Shown here: in pieces, positions 1 to 14,200 of the stretch
How positions within the stretch are numbered: the first letter of the stretch is position 1
Layout of the letters: every line of letters starts with the position of its first letter
DNA from: Octopus sinensis
Lineage: Eukaryota
NCBI RefSeq assembly: GCF_006345805.1
Contig: NC_043020.1
Coordinates: 15,004,001-15,068,000 of the forward strand
DNA: 64,000 nucleotides
Direction of reading: 5' to 3'
The notes under the pieces: model-generated
Seen by the model: the letters and a program-made list of their open reading frames with translations, nothing else
Told to the model about the DNA's origin: nothing
Database searches by the model: none
Translations under genes and position numbers: made by a program

Positions 1-1078
1 TGCCTTACACTTCACATTGGGATCTCTGTCAACTCCTCCTCTTCCCTCATCCTCTCCTATTTCGTTCACTTTCTCTCCTGACATTCACTATTGGCCTTGC
101 CTCTGCTGTGTGTTCCATCCACTGCACCCATTTGAACCCCCTGCTCTAACCACCTCTCACACTCCTTTCACACTCTTGCTATTTACCTACCCACTCACCC
201 TTTCTATCCCCCTATCCCTGTTCTCTCTCACATTCACCTTGTACCTTGAGGGTATGCCCTTACCATCTCTGTCTGTCTCTCTCCAGCTAGGCAAGCCATG
301 TATCTCCTCTTCAGTAAAACATCTGTTCCTTTCTATCATACATTCACTTCCTTCAACCCACATGCCTGAGGGGTGTTGTCTTGTGAGTTAGTTGGTGACT
401 TCACTTGTACCAGTTGCCACTCTGTAAAGTGGTTGGCATTAAGAAGGGTGTTAGTTGTCAACTTTGGCATGGTCTCTACAGGTGGAGCTCAGTGCAGTCT
501 TCTGGCTTGTCAGTTCCTGTCAAACCATCCAACCCATTCCAACATGGAAAACAGGCATTAAAAGACGAATATGTATTGAAGTTATTCTTCCATTTTAGCT
601 TCAATTTCTTTTGTGCAATTATTTAATTTTGTGGTGTGTTAAAGGTGGCAAATAGCAATCGTTTAGCATCTCTTTTGTTCAAATGGCATTTTGTACTTTA
701 GCTTTTCAGTGACTTTATTTTTTGTTTTGTTTTATTTGTATGTTTTATTTATTTGCTTTTCAACAATATTCTCTCAATAACCAATCATTTCAACCAATAT
801 TATGTAAAATATCCACTTGCAGTATTTGAGTTGTACATGTTTTCCTCCATGTGGGATTTATCATTTTTAGTTAACACAGCCGTGTTAACTCTTTGCTATA
901 TATATTAACAATGCTACTTCATATCAACATACTGATTCATTATGTATTTCTAATGTTTTCATGCATTTTTTTTTTTTTTTGTATTGGGTTAATCCAAAAT
1001 CATTTGGAACTGTAAAAACGAAAAAAGCTCTTTGTTTTTATTTCTCATGTTTTTACGAATCTTTATTTTTATTTGCAG

Positions 1079-1174
1079 CATTGTTAGAAGCGCGTGGCTT
1101 ACCATCCCATCTCTTTGGAGCCCTTGGTCCACGCATGCATCAACTTCTGCACAGAACAATGGCGGGGGGCACCA
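1079..1174 (+). CDS. TRIP12: TRIP12 exon w1 (numbering within window)
   Basis: ttgcag|...|gtaagt; (A)[31 protein letters not shown]; phase 1-1. Confidence 0.93.
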
Positions 1175-4100
1175 GTAAGTTCTGTTATAGTATTGTTTCT
1201 GCAGTATATATTTGTAAGTTTTTAGCTAGACCAGGTTAACTCAGCCAAGTTTTCATAACGTAAGAGAATGTACAATGTATTCTGATGATTAGTTTCATAT
1301 TTACCTTTAAAGTGTACCACTCTGTGGGTGCAATGTTTGAAGTTTAAAATATTTTTTTTTTTATATGTAATGATTTAGGATTATTTAACTAGATTCTAAA
1401 GTTGCATGGAGAAAATCCACCAAAATGAAGGCCCACAGAAGAGAAATAAATAAATGAAAATGACACCCTAGTGGAGGCAAATAAAACTTGCTACTGCTGG
1501 GTTACATCCCACTAGTTCTAGATCATATGACTGAAGCATTGTGAAAGTATTTTGTATAGGTTTCTTTGTGAGGTAGATGTTGTGAACATCACTGATGTAT
1601 AGAAATGTGATGTATATTCCTGTTGTATAGCCTTAAAGATCTTGTTCTATTTTATATATATATATATAGATATACATATATACACACACACACACACATA
1701 CAGATTTACCTGGTTGGCATGGAAAATAAGTTCATGTCAGTATGGAAGCTGGCTGTTAAAATATGATGATATATCCATACCAGTGCCACATCCAGGCACC
1801 CAGTACACTCTACAAAGTGGTTAGCATTAGGAAGAGCATACAGCCATAGAAACCATGCCAAAAACAGACAAATGGAACTCAGGCAGCCTTGAGCTGACCA
1901 GCTCCTGTCAAGCAGTCCAACCATGTGTCAGCATAGAGAACAGATGTTAAATGATGATGATTTTATATATATATATATGTATATATATATAAAATTGTCA
2001 CCTCTGTGTATGAGTATATTGACTAACACACACATCCATAGCTTAATTATTTGTACTCTCATTTAGATGCATATGCATTAAATTACTCAGTCGCTATTAG
2101 CTTTAATTTTCAAATAAGCACTCGCCTTGTATCCCCTTGTTATCATTCTGCTTGTTTTAATGAACGGCTAACAAAACATACTTCGTTAAATGTTGGGGGC
2201 TGTTTTTAAACTCTCTTTGAAAAATGACAGTATTCTGGCTTTCTTGTATAATAATGAGTGTTAGTATTTTGATTTGTCACTATTTATCATGAATAAAGCA
2301 CCAACATTTGCAAATAGTCACGGGGAAAAGGTTAAATACAGAAGTGAAATAACACTATCACACATTTTTCACTCTGCTTGTAACTTGCTTAGCTGTTGTT
2401 GCATGTTTTTTTGCCATTTTGCTTTCTCATTTTTGTTTTCTAGACACATTATTCAGATATATCATTTCAGCTGGTAAAAAAAATTAATAGACCAAAATAA
2501 TGATATCCTAAATTGTTTGACGAATTTCATTAGAATAAAATAATGAAGTTCATTTTTTCCTGTAGAAAAGAAAAATGTTATCTTGAAATTCTTTCACATG
2601 TGGAAATATAATTCTATAAAATATTCTATTTACGTATCTGTGTTTTTAATATTAACCGAAATTGTTATTTATTTCGTAGTGAACAAAGTGCAACAATTAT
2701 TACAAGGTCTTCAAGCTGTCAATGATGAAGGACAGCAGCTGACAGCTGTTATAGAAATGTGTCAGGTAAATTTTATACTTTCATTTCTCTGTGATCACTT
2801 TCAGATTTACACATAAGCACACAGGAATTTAACATTTAGAATTTGTTAATTGGCTGAGCATGTATTATTTAATTAATGGGTTCCTTTTTGCTTCCTTTGT
2901 GCTTGTTTTAATTCATTTTTCTATGCTATCTTTGGTTAAATGAATTATTATTGAGGCATTATTTTACAGCTGGGTACCTTTTCTTTCACTAAATGTGTGC
3001 GCAATTGTAACTCTTGGCTGTGTACAAGGATCTGACAAAATATTTTCATGTATTGAGCTTCTGCTTTGAATATTTATTTGATGTTATAGATATGAACAAG
3101 AAGAGACTAGTAGGTAATGAAGTGTGTACCATCTTGTGTGGCCAGGATCTGCTAGGTTATATATTAAAGATCTTGTAAACCAAGTAGCTAGAGTGTTTGG
3201 GTATACTTGCTGTGTTACCAATTCAAAAGGTATTGAGTGAAAAAGCATCTTGTGTGTGTACAAAAATTGCATATAGTTAGTGATACACCCAAGCAAAGTA
3301 CATATTTTGGTTGTCCTGTTTGTCTGATTATAGATTTATTTTATAATTTACAGAAATAAGGGGAAATAATGTTTCCAGCTGTAAAATTACAAAAATCATC
3401 TCCCATTTCAATATAGACCAAGCATTAACAAAATTATATAGATCTAATAGGAATTTACCTCTGTTATTTCTTTGAAGTTTTTTTTTTTTTTTGTTTGTTC
3501 GTTTGTTTGTTGTTAAAGTGATAAACAATTGCTAGCATTTACTTTTCTAGCTTCTTGTGATGGGCAATGAAGACACTTTGGCAGGCTTTCCTGTGAAACA
3601 AGTTGTTCCGGCTTTGATTACATTGTTGCAAATGGACCATAACTTTGATATGATGAACCATGCTTGTCGTGCTCTTACCTACATGATGGAAGCATTGCCA
3701 CGCTCTTCAGCTGTTGTTGTTGAGGCTGTACCTGTGTTTTTAGAGAAAGTAAGTACATACAATGAATTTCATCATCATCATCGTTTAACGTCCGGTTTCC
3801 ATGTTAGCATGGGTTGGACAAATTTGTATTTGTGAGTTAAAACATTGTGATCCATGAAGTGTATCTAGATGTCAAAATGTTTATATTAGTCTATGACACA
3901 AATAATTACTTGTATAGCTAATTAGAAAAACAAAACAAGGAAATGGTGGTGTATAGAGTAATTTAAGAAGGAATGATGAAAATGGCATGCAAATAATTTT
4001 GCAATCAACTCTAATTACTTTTATCAGACTCAAAATAGCATGGTGTGAATTAAAACTTTGTGATGATAATGATGATCCATAAAGTGTATTGAGATATGAA

Positions 4101-7100
4101 AATGTTTACATTGGTTTATGAAATAATTATTTATATAGCTAATTTGAGAATCGACTAAGGAAATGGCCGTATATAGATTAACTGAAGGAATTGAGAAGAC
4201 GGTACATAAATAATTTTGCAATCAACTCTAATATTGTTAATTTTGTCAACCTCAACATAACATGGTAAGAGCAAGAACTCAATGAACTTCTTGCTCATAT
4301 CAACTCATCTGTTTTGTGTTGGATATACATCTGTGTATAATAAAGGCTGCAAGCATGACTAAATTCTTTAGAAGTCTTGATTTCACTCCCACTATACAGC
4401 AGGCACCTTGAGGTAGTGTTGTCTTTTTTTAGCTTCAGTTTGGCCTAAATCTTGAGTGAAGTCAAGTACAAACTGTTGGAAGTATGTCAAAAAGATTACA
4501 CCTGCAGGTAGTTTGTACCTTAATTGAACAAAATATTAATGAATATGTTTGTAATGAAAATGTAATTAGCACCTGTGCTGGTACCACATAGAAAAGCACC
4601 TGTATCGGTGTCACATAAAGTACCCATGCCAGTGCCACAAAAAGAAAGCACCTATACCAGTTAAATGTAAAAAAAAAAAAAAAAAAAGAAAGGCACCCAA
4701 TATACTCTGAAAAGTGGCTGACATTAGGAAGGGGCATCCAGCCATAGAACCGAAGCCAGAACAGATGACTGGAGCCTGGTGCAACCCACTGGCCCTCCAG
4801 CTCCTGTCAAATGGTCTAACCTGTGCCAGCATGGAAAATGTACATAAAATAATGGTGATGACATATGTGGTTTCTGTTCCAGTACATTAATGATAATGAA
4901 TATCAAAAAGTTATGAAGCTTGAACCATTTTTTTTTTTCTTTTAATTATTCAGATAAATTATTTTTCCATTTTATTTGTTTCCCAGTTACAAGTGATCCA
5001 GTGTATGGATGTTGCTGAGCAAGCTCTAACTGCTTTAGAGATGCTTTCACAAAGGCACAGTAAATCTATTTTACAGGCAGCTAATGTAAGAACCAGTTTT
5101 TCTTAAAATTTTATTATTGTTCATTATTTTATTTAAAAAAAAAAGCGGTGGGTTGATAGAACTTCAGAAAAAATTTGTAGATCTGTGTCAAAGGATTACA
5201 GGAATTAGTAAAGTGTTGGATTTGTATCAGTAGAGCATCAAAACAAAAGGCAATATGGTATTAAATAAAAATCAATCAAAGAGTGGAGTAAATTTGACTA
5301 TACACCCTGCCCCTGAATTTGTGACCTTGTTTCTATGATAAACATTTCTGTGAAAGATCAGCCTAGCTGTGAAGTTAGATGTTCAGTTTGTGTCTGCACT
5401 GGTTGAGACCTCTCTCTACAAGATGTCTACTACTATAACCAATCATAAAGTGATCAAATGAGAATTAAATCAAGAATAAATTATTACTTTTGATGACTAA
5501 TATTTTGAGAGAAATGTGAAATAGCAAGATTGCTATTTGTCTCCAAAACATGGGCAGTGTTATTGAGTTCTTACTCAATACTAGAATGAATGTTTTAGAT
5601 TCAGTTTACTGACACTATGGCACCCCACTATTTAGTCTTGGTTAGTTAAAATAAATAATACCCCAGTCCAGTACCCATTTTCTGTTTCCGAGAAAGAATG
5701 GTGGAAATATTGTGCCACTCATATTCAAGAAATGTAATATTGATACCAAGAAGTGGGAGAGAAATGCTCAGGATCGAGAATGTTGGAGACCCATCACCAA
5801 AAAAGGGAACAACTAATTTTGAGTCCAGCAGAATTATTGAACAAGAAGAAAAGAGGAGATGCAGAAAAGTTGGACAAGAACAACCAAGAAGGGACCTTCC
5901 CTCTGGAACCATCTGTTCCACTTGTGGAAAGAACTTCCAAACAAGAATTGGACTTGGTTGTCTCCTCAGAATCTATAAATATATATATATATATATATAT
6001 ATAATTATTATTTGAGGGAATAAAATCCAAACTTACAAGGAAAAAGATTCAATTTAGAAATACTAAATCAAATTCCACACAATATAATATATATAAAATA
6101 TTAGGAAAAAAAACACCTTTTATCAATTCAAAATGAAATATAGCAGCGAAACACATGTTGTTTTTCTACCTATTATATACATTACGTTATTCTTGTAATT
6201 TACTTAATCTTTACTTTTTAATTTTTATTTTAACTTTTCTATTATATGTAATTTTCTAGATGGTGTAATTTAATTATTCATTTTGAATTGATAAAAGGTG
6301 GTTTTTTTCTAATATTTTATATATATATATATATATAAAATCTCAAGGGATAGCCACCACCACTTGTATACTGAAAATATTGAAATTTACCCCTCTAATT
6401 TTCCATGTTTTCTTTTTTTTTCTTTCTGTAGGGCGGCATTGCAGCTTGCTTGATGTATTTGGATTTCTTCTCCATCTCTGCTCAACGATCAGCATTAACA
6501 ATTACAGCGAATTGTGTGCAGAATTTAACAGCTGATGAATTTCATTATATAAGAGACTCTTTGCCATTACTTAGTGCCAGAGTAAATCACCAAGTAAGAA
6601 ATTTCACCTTTATGGCCTTTACTGGTGCTCTAGTGAAGGTTAGGCATACCCATCTCTATACTGTTGTGTTTTTTTATTGTTTGAAGTAGACACAGGCTGA
6701 TCTACTCACCAGACAGTCATGAATAGATACTTTACTCTTTATTGTCTTAGTATTGCATATCAATATATTCCAGGGCAGGGAACTGACAGAATTGATAGAG
6801 CGATAGCCACAAAATAGCTTACAATATTTAGTTGTAAATTTTTATGCTCTGAGTTTAACTCTTTAACTGTGGAATTAAATTTCTTGGTTATTCCAGTAAT
6901 GATGATAAATTTCTACCAAAAAATAGAATTGGTAAGTAAACTTGATGTACTTCAACCAAAAATAGTTTCAAACATAACGTTCTTCAGCAACAGATAGCTT
7001 GGTATATAAAACTGCTTTCTGTTCTGCAGTTAAGAGTGAAACTTGAGTGGATACATCTGATTTCTGCAGTAAAAGGGTTTAAACCTTCTGAGTTGATTTT

Positions 7101-10100
7101 GCTTTTTATTCTCCCAGGGTGGTGAAATAAGTACCACTTGATTTACTGGTTTTATCTAATTAGCTGTACCATTCTCTGTCATTGAATTCACAATTATATT
7201 CTTCCCCCACTTACACAATACAACTGATATATATAATTATATGTACAGTGTGTCTTAAAAGTCACTGGTGGGTTTCAGTTTTTAATAACTTCCTTAAATT
7301 ACAAATAAATGCATGAAATTTTGATACAATATAAAGGACATAATGGAAATTAATATGCACAAGTCAAATTATGCAACACCACTACATCACATATGAAAAA
7401 TGACATCGCTTAAATGGCAGCCATTTTCGGCATCGCACACCCGTATTCTTTCCAAAACTTGCACCTTCAGACCCCACTTCTCTGATTTCTCTATTGATGT
7501 TCTCCTTCAGTTGCATCAGGGTCTCCAGTTTGTTAGGTAAACTCTCTCTTTCAGGTATCACCACAAGAAGATATCCGGGCTAGTCAAGTCTTGGGGAACA
7601 TGAATTTCCATTATGTTCTTTATATTGTGTGAAAATTTCATAAATTTATTTGTAAAGTTAAGGAAGTTATTAAGAATTGAAACCCATCAGTGACTTTTGG
7701 GACACCCTGTATGTAGATTGGGGTAAATGCCATCCATGCTGCCCTCTTATCTTTGAGTCAAGATTTCAGCATTCATATCTTGGCATATATTAGGTGTGTC
7801 CCCCCACTGGACATACTCTTTTACTTTGTCAATTTCATTGCTTCCCACCTTTGATCAGTCATGTGCTTTGTCTTTGGATTGCATGTATTTTGTTGTTCAT
7901 GCAGTTTGTTATAAAGCCTAAGACTAAGTTGTGTGTGTAGTTGCCAAGTGTTATTCAAAATATTGGAAAGAGCATTAGGAAGACCTGTACAATGATGGGC
8001 AGACAGTTCAGTAAAGCAGTTTGGGGCAAAATGGAAATGAATGGCATGATCAAGAAAGAATTAAAAGCACATTGTAACCAGTACTGTATAACACCCAAAT
8101 AGCCTAGTCAATTCACATGATATATATATAGATGCATCCAGAATGCAATTGTGTCTTGGGACACAAAACTCTACTTGTGAAGACCTGTCGAGGCAAGTGA
8201 GAATCAGAATCGAAATTGATCAACATCAATGGAAATTGTAGTTGTGATACCAGTGCCGGTGGCACGTAAGCAAACCATCCGAACGTGGCCGTTACCAGTG
8301 CCACCTCGATGGGCCTCCGTGCTGGTGGCACGTAAAAAGCACCATCTGACTTTGGCTGTTTGCCAGCCCCGTCTGGCACGTAAAAAGCACCCACTACACT
8401 CACGTAGTGGTTGGCGTTAGGAAGGGCATCCAGCCGCAGAAACATTGCCAGATCAGACTGGGCCTGGTGCAGCCTTCTGGCTTCCCAGACCCCAGTTGAA
8501 CCGTCCAACCCATGCCAGCATGGAAAGCGGACGCTAAATGATGAAATTATTGCTAGTTCCAGGTGTGATATTTTTGCCAAATATCTTGTATTATAATTTG
8601 ATTATACCGAACTTGAAATATTTAGAATGGTCAATATTTTGTTTTAGGACAAGAAATCAGTGGAAAGCTGCTGCCTGTGCTTCTCTCGTCTTGTTGACAA
8701 CTTTCAACATGATCAAAGGATTTTGAAAGAAATTGCTGTTCATGGTCTTCTCACAAATATCCAGCAACTAGTAAGTATCTTTTTATGTAATTAAATGCAT
8801 TCTCTGTTTTTCATTAGCAAGTTTCATAAACAGGCATATTTTACCCAGATTCATTTAAAGGAAAAATACTTTAGTGTAGTGATTCAAATATTGGTACCAC
8901 TGTACCACTCATGATCAGTATTCTTGTCAAGGTTCCTTATTTCTCTTTATTAGTGTTATGATCGGGACTCTTAGAACTTGTCATTAGAGTGGATCCAATT
9001 TTAATTTGCTGTAAAATTCTTGAAATTTAATTAATCAGAGAATTGTACTTTGTATGTTTAATAGTAGTTTCTCAGAGGATGCCTGTCATCTATTTTAACT
9101 TGAGAATAAGCACTTAATGCAATTATTTTGTAGCTAACGAAGCATTTTTCTTCATTTGTGGAGCAATGAAGTAGGCTTTCAAATTATGGACTCATGTAAC
9201 AGAACCTTCAGAATCAAAAACAGTTTTCTACAAAAATGTGTTTTCTGCTCAAATGAGATATTTAAGTTGTCATCTCACCATATTATTGAAGAGTAATGGC
9301 AAAGTATTGTTATTAACCTTTTCGTTACTGTATTCATTTTGAGATGCTCTGTGTTTCTTTCAATTACTTTAAATATAACAAAGAATTTAGTAAACTAACT
9401 TAGTTATCATTAAGCTAGTGTTAGGAACATAAATTGTGACTAAGGTTTAGTGGAAGATTTTAATTCAAAACTTATGAAAACAAGACATTTGTACTTAGAG
9501 CCAAAGCCAGTTTCAGCTGGGTTAGTAACAAAAGGGTTAAAGTGGAAATGATGTTGGCTTTGTTAATTGTTGAATATTTTGGAAAATCGTTTTTTAATGA
9601 ACAAGCATCTTAATGTAATGAGATTCAGTTTGCCAAATCCACAATCTGGTTTTTAACTTTTGATTGATGTCCTGGCAGTTCCTTCACTAAATTTGTTTGG
9701 TAAACATAAACACAATGTCATATAGAACTGAAATGCTTGACCTTACATAGGAAATAAATACTTTTAATTTAATGTTTGTTTTTTTTATAAACTTTTGACT
9801 GTTGATGAATTTTAATGACATTTTCAATGTCAGCATTAAATGGTATATTTTCATTCCAGCTGGTTGTGAGTCCTCCTATAATAAACACAGGAACATTTGT
9901 GATGGTAATACGAATGCTGGCGCTTATGTGTGGGAGCTGTCCTGATTTGGCTGTTGTCTTATTAAAACAGAGTAAGTTGTCATCTTTGCTTATAAGTCAC
10001 TGAACATGTACAGACCATGATTTTGCTTTATAGTGAAACGCAGCATATGTAGAAACAGAGTTGCTATTATATAGATCATTTGAATCTAAAATTATTTCAG

Positions 10101-11161
10101 GATCATTAAGTTTAGCAGACCCATGAGAAAAAGTATTTAAAATGCATAAATAAAATTTGCTAAAATTTGCATTTTATTAAGTTGTGATTGAACAATATAT
10201 TTAACATGATATATCTGGTATCATTGTTGACTATAGAATATTTTTGCTGTCCTATTACTTTCTCATAGGATTTCATCATTAATATTACATTATGCTGAAA
10301 TGGATGTCCTTTTTATTTTGAGATATCTTTAATATAATACAACATTGACTTGTATGCAGTGGACCATTGCATTTATAAGTGTAGTTTCAGATCACTTGTC
10401 AAAGAGATTCTGCTGTTAGGATATATTTATTAATTTATTTATTACTGTTCTATCTGAATTGTATGAAATTGTTTGTTTTTTGCTCTTGTTAACTGGTGTG
10501 AAATATTTTCTTTTCAGAAATAGCTGAAACATTGTGTTATTTGCTGGTTGGTTCCTCAGACCAAGCTTCTCAAAGTATTGAGGTAAGAAGTAAATCATAT
10601 CTTCAATGGTATCTAGCAAATTGATTTAGTGTTTGGCGAAATAGAGCTTTTGGTATTTATGTTCTCAACCAGCCCATTGTTTAATGGAACTGACAAGTAT
10701 TCAGCATGGATTGTATGAAATCAATTTCCTTTATTTTATTCATGTGGTTGACTCTGTTTGTCAGAAGAGTTAAGAGCATAACATTTGAGTAATACTTATT
10801 TTCAAATGATTTTGAAATTAAAGCAAGTGGACTAACAAGTTTCATAGTAATAACATTGGCTGATAACTACATAGTCAAGTAAATCTATAGTAGATTTAGA
10901 CCAAAGAAAGTTGTGAAAGAAACACTTAGATTTAGTTACATCATACCTATAAATGTGTCTAATAGTGCATGATGGGATGCCTAGAGGAACGCTATGTGCA
11001 CAGCTGTGTGGTAAGAAGCTTGCTTCCCAACTACATGCTTCCAGGTTCAGTCCCATTGCATGACACCTTGGGCAGTTGTCTTCTATAACTTTGAGCTGAT
11101 CAAACCTTATGAGTGGATTTGATAGACAGAAACTGAAAGAAGTCCGTTTTATAAATATATA

Positions 11162-11229
<68 letters not shown>

Positions 11230-14200
11230 ATATATATATATATAAGATGTGTCTGTGTTTGTTCCCCCACCAATACCAACATTGCTTGACAACCAGCGCT
11301 GGTGTGTTCACATCCCTGTAACTCAACTGTTCAGACCAATAGAATAAGTACTGGGGTTTATTCATTCGACTGAAAATTCAAGGCGGTGCCCCAGCATGGC
11401 CACAGTCTAAGGATTGGAACAAATAAAATAGCACCGAAACAATAACTGCTATTGAAATGAGATAGGATATTTTACTGGCTTTCATTGTTCATTCTTGTAA
11501 AAGAAAATGTTTCCAGTATTATTCAAATTAAAATCTTACACATTATGATTTATATATCAGGCTATGTTAACTTGAATCTGTGCAGGTAACATGCTTGCAT
11601 TGTTTTTATTAATGTGTTTAAAGTTATTATTGTTTTGTTTTTTTTAAAATTCCAGCTGATTTCCAGGACACCTCAAGAATTGTATGAAATTGTTTGTTTA
11701 ATTGGGTAGGTTTCTCTCTTTATTCTTGCAATTGTTTCAAATTTTGAGATACAAAATAAATTTCTGTAACTTCCACCACTCAAATCTAATTTTAAAATAC
11801 CCTGATTCTCTTTCAGTGAATTAATGCCGAAATTGCCATCAGATGGCATATTTTCAATTGATTCTATGTTAAAGAAGGGATCGTCTGTCAGTGGTGATGC
11901 TGTTATTTGGCAATGGAGAGATGATCGTGGAATGTGGCATCCCTATGCATTGATTGATAGCAGAATCATTGAGGTAAGTATTCTGCAATTAAAAATAGGT
12001 TTTAATATTTTAATAATTAAAATCACTATAAAGGAATGAAACATTTAATGACTTTGGCTGTTTTATTTGTAGGCAGCTCATCAATCAGGTGAAGATGAAG
12101 TAAGCCTGTCTACAATGGGAAGAGCTTATACAATTGACTTTAACTCCATGCAACAAATCAACGAAGATACTGGCACAGCACGGCCAGTTCAGAGAAAAGT
12201 TAATTCATTGGTTGCTAGTTGTATTCACTCTGCTTGTAAGTATTTAATATTTATTATTTAGAGGAGGGACAGCTGGTCATTCTTGACTATGAAATTGAAG
12301 TGTTGTGGTTTGCTGTGTATATGTGAATATGTCTCAGTTTGTTGATGTCTGTAATTGTGTGTCAAATGATAACTGGATTAACTGTCAGTTTGCCTGTTGG
12401 ATACAAGCATAATAATTTAATTTAGAAACTTATGTCCCAGGTTTGAATCTAGTCTAGCATTATGTAGGAATAAGATAACTGTTGATTGGAAATCAGCGTA
12501 AATGTCTGTGCCACATAAAAAGCATTGGTGTGGGTGCTGGTGCCACATAAAAAGCACCTGGTACATTCTGTAAACTGGTTGGCATTATGAAGGACATCCT
12601 GTTGTAGAAACCAAACCGAAACAGACAATGGAACTTGGTGTCACCCCTGGCCTTACTAGTTCCTGTCAAACCATCCAACCCATACCAGCATGGAAAACGG
12701 ACATTAAATGATGATAATGCAGCTTTCACTTAACCCTGACCTGTCTTTAGACAAAGGTGTGAATATTGGTTTGATTGATTTCTGTTTAGCAGAGTCATTG
12801 GAGTGTCAGAATGCCTGCAGTATTTGTTATGTTCCAACTTACAGTATTCTGAATTCAATTCCTGGCAAAGTCAGCTTTGTTTTTCATCTTTTCAGAGTTA
12901 TTAAAGTTGTTGTCCTGGCAGCAGGTTACTAGAATTGTTTGACTGAACTGGATGCTTTGTTGTATCTGTTCTGATTATGTTCTGAATTCAAATCCTGCCA
13001 CTTAACACTGGTAAAAAAAAAAAAAAAAAAAAAAATGAATGGTAACACTTTCTATCAGCAATGGAAAAGCCAATAGTTTACCTTGGTTTGATTGTAAGAT
13101 TAACACCCACCACATGGTTTTTGGCCATCATCACATTTGGAGATTAGCTTCTCCCACATTATTAGAAGAATCAATGAAAACTGTTTCAGCTTGTCAGAGT
13201 AGCTTTAACTCTTTAGCATTCAAACCACCATATCTGGTCCAAATATTCTACTTATGTTTAAACTGGACAGATCTGGCCTCTTACACCTACCTTACAATGT
13301 CATTCTGAAAACATATACAATCACATCATCAAAATTTTGAAGCTATGAGATAGTGCATGATTAATTCAAAACAGTCTGAATGCTGAAGGGTTATATATTT
13401 GTTATGATGTTGTACATTGTCTTATCTCCTTTATTGTAATATAAACTTGATTTTCTCATCATGTAACTGGAATTACTGTAACAATAACTTTGGCTTTATT
13501 TCAGCTTCCTCCTCTTCCTCTTCTTCCTCATCTGATCCAAATGTTGAACAATGTGATTCCAGAGAGGAAATATTAAAAGAAGATATAGATCTTGCCTCTG
13601 CATTTATTCAAACTCTCTTTGCAGTTTTATATGAAGTATATAGTTCATCGGTAATTATTATTATTGTTGTTGTTGTTATTGTTGTTATTGAGTGCATGCC
13701 ATCAAAGTGATACTGGGCTAGAAATGAAGCCCATCATGACTACCCATCTGATAAGGGTACATCAGGCACCTGCATCACAAGTATATGTGCGTAACATGGT
13801 GATCTATTATCAAGATAAGCAACACATGATCTTGCAGGTGGCATCCAGTTAGAATTTTCTTATGGTCAAGTGGCCAATCCCGCTCAAAAGGTCCCTCAGT
13901 AAAGTTTAAGGATGATGATTGAAACACCCATGTTTCCAGAGGTGTATTATTCAAACTCCAAAGAATTTGTCTCAACACATGGCTGATACTCTCCCACTAT
14001 TCCTGTTTGTAATCAGATACACATATTGTCAGCTACTAAGAGACATGTTCAACTGGTTATGGTGAAGCAACTAACAAGCAAATCTGAGATATTGAGCAGA
14101 ATATTTGTTGCTGCCCATCTTTTACACCAAGACGAAACATGTACACAATAACCCTTCCAATCAGTTAAGATCAGAAAATCAGTACCACTGCCTGGCATTG

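Noticed and set aside
17-391. 124-aa ORF
   Set aside because: It is low-complexity CT-rich sequence leading into an RTE 3'-end copy, with no protein motif or splice support.
13680-14190. Probable additional repeat of unknown class (also 51430-51690 and 52930-53150)
   Set aside because: Each is single-copy in the window with no decisive motif and cannot be classified without a database search.
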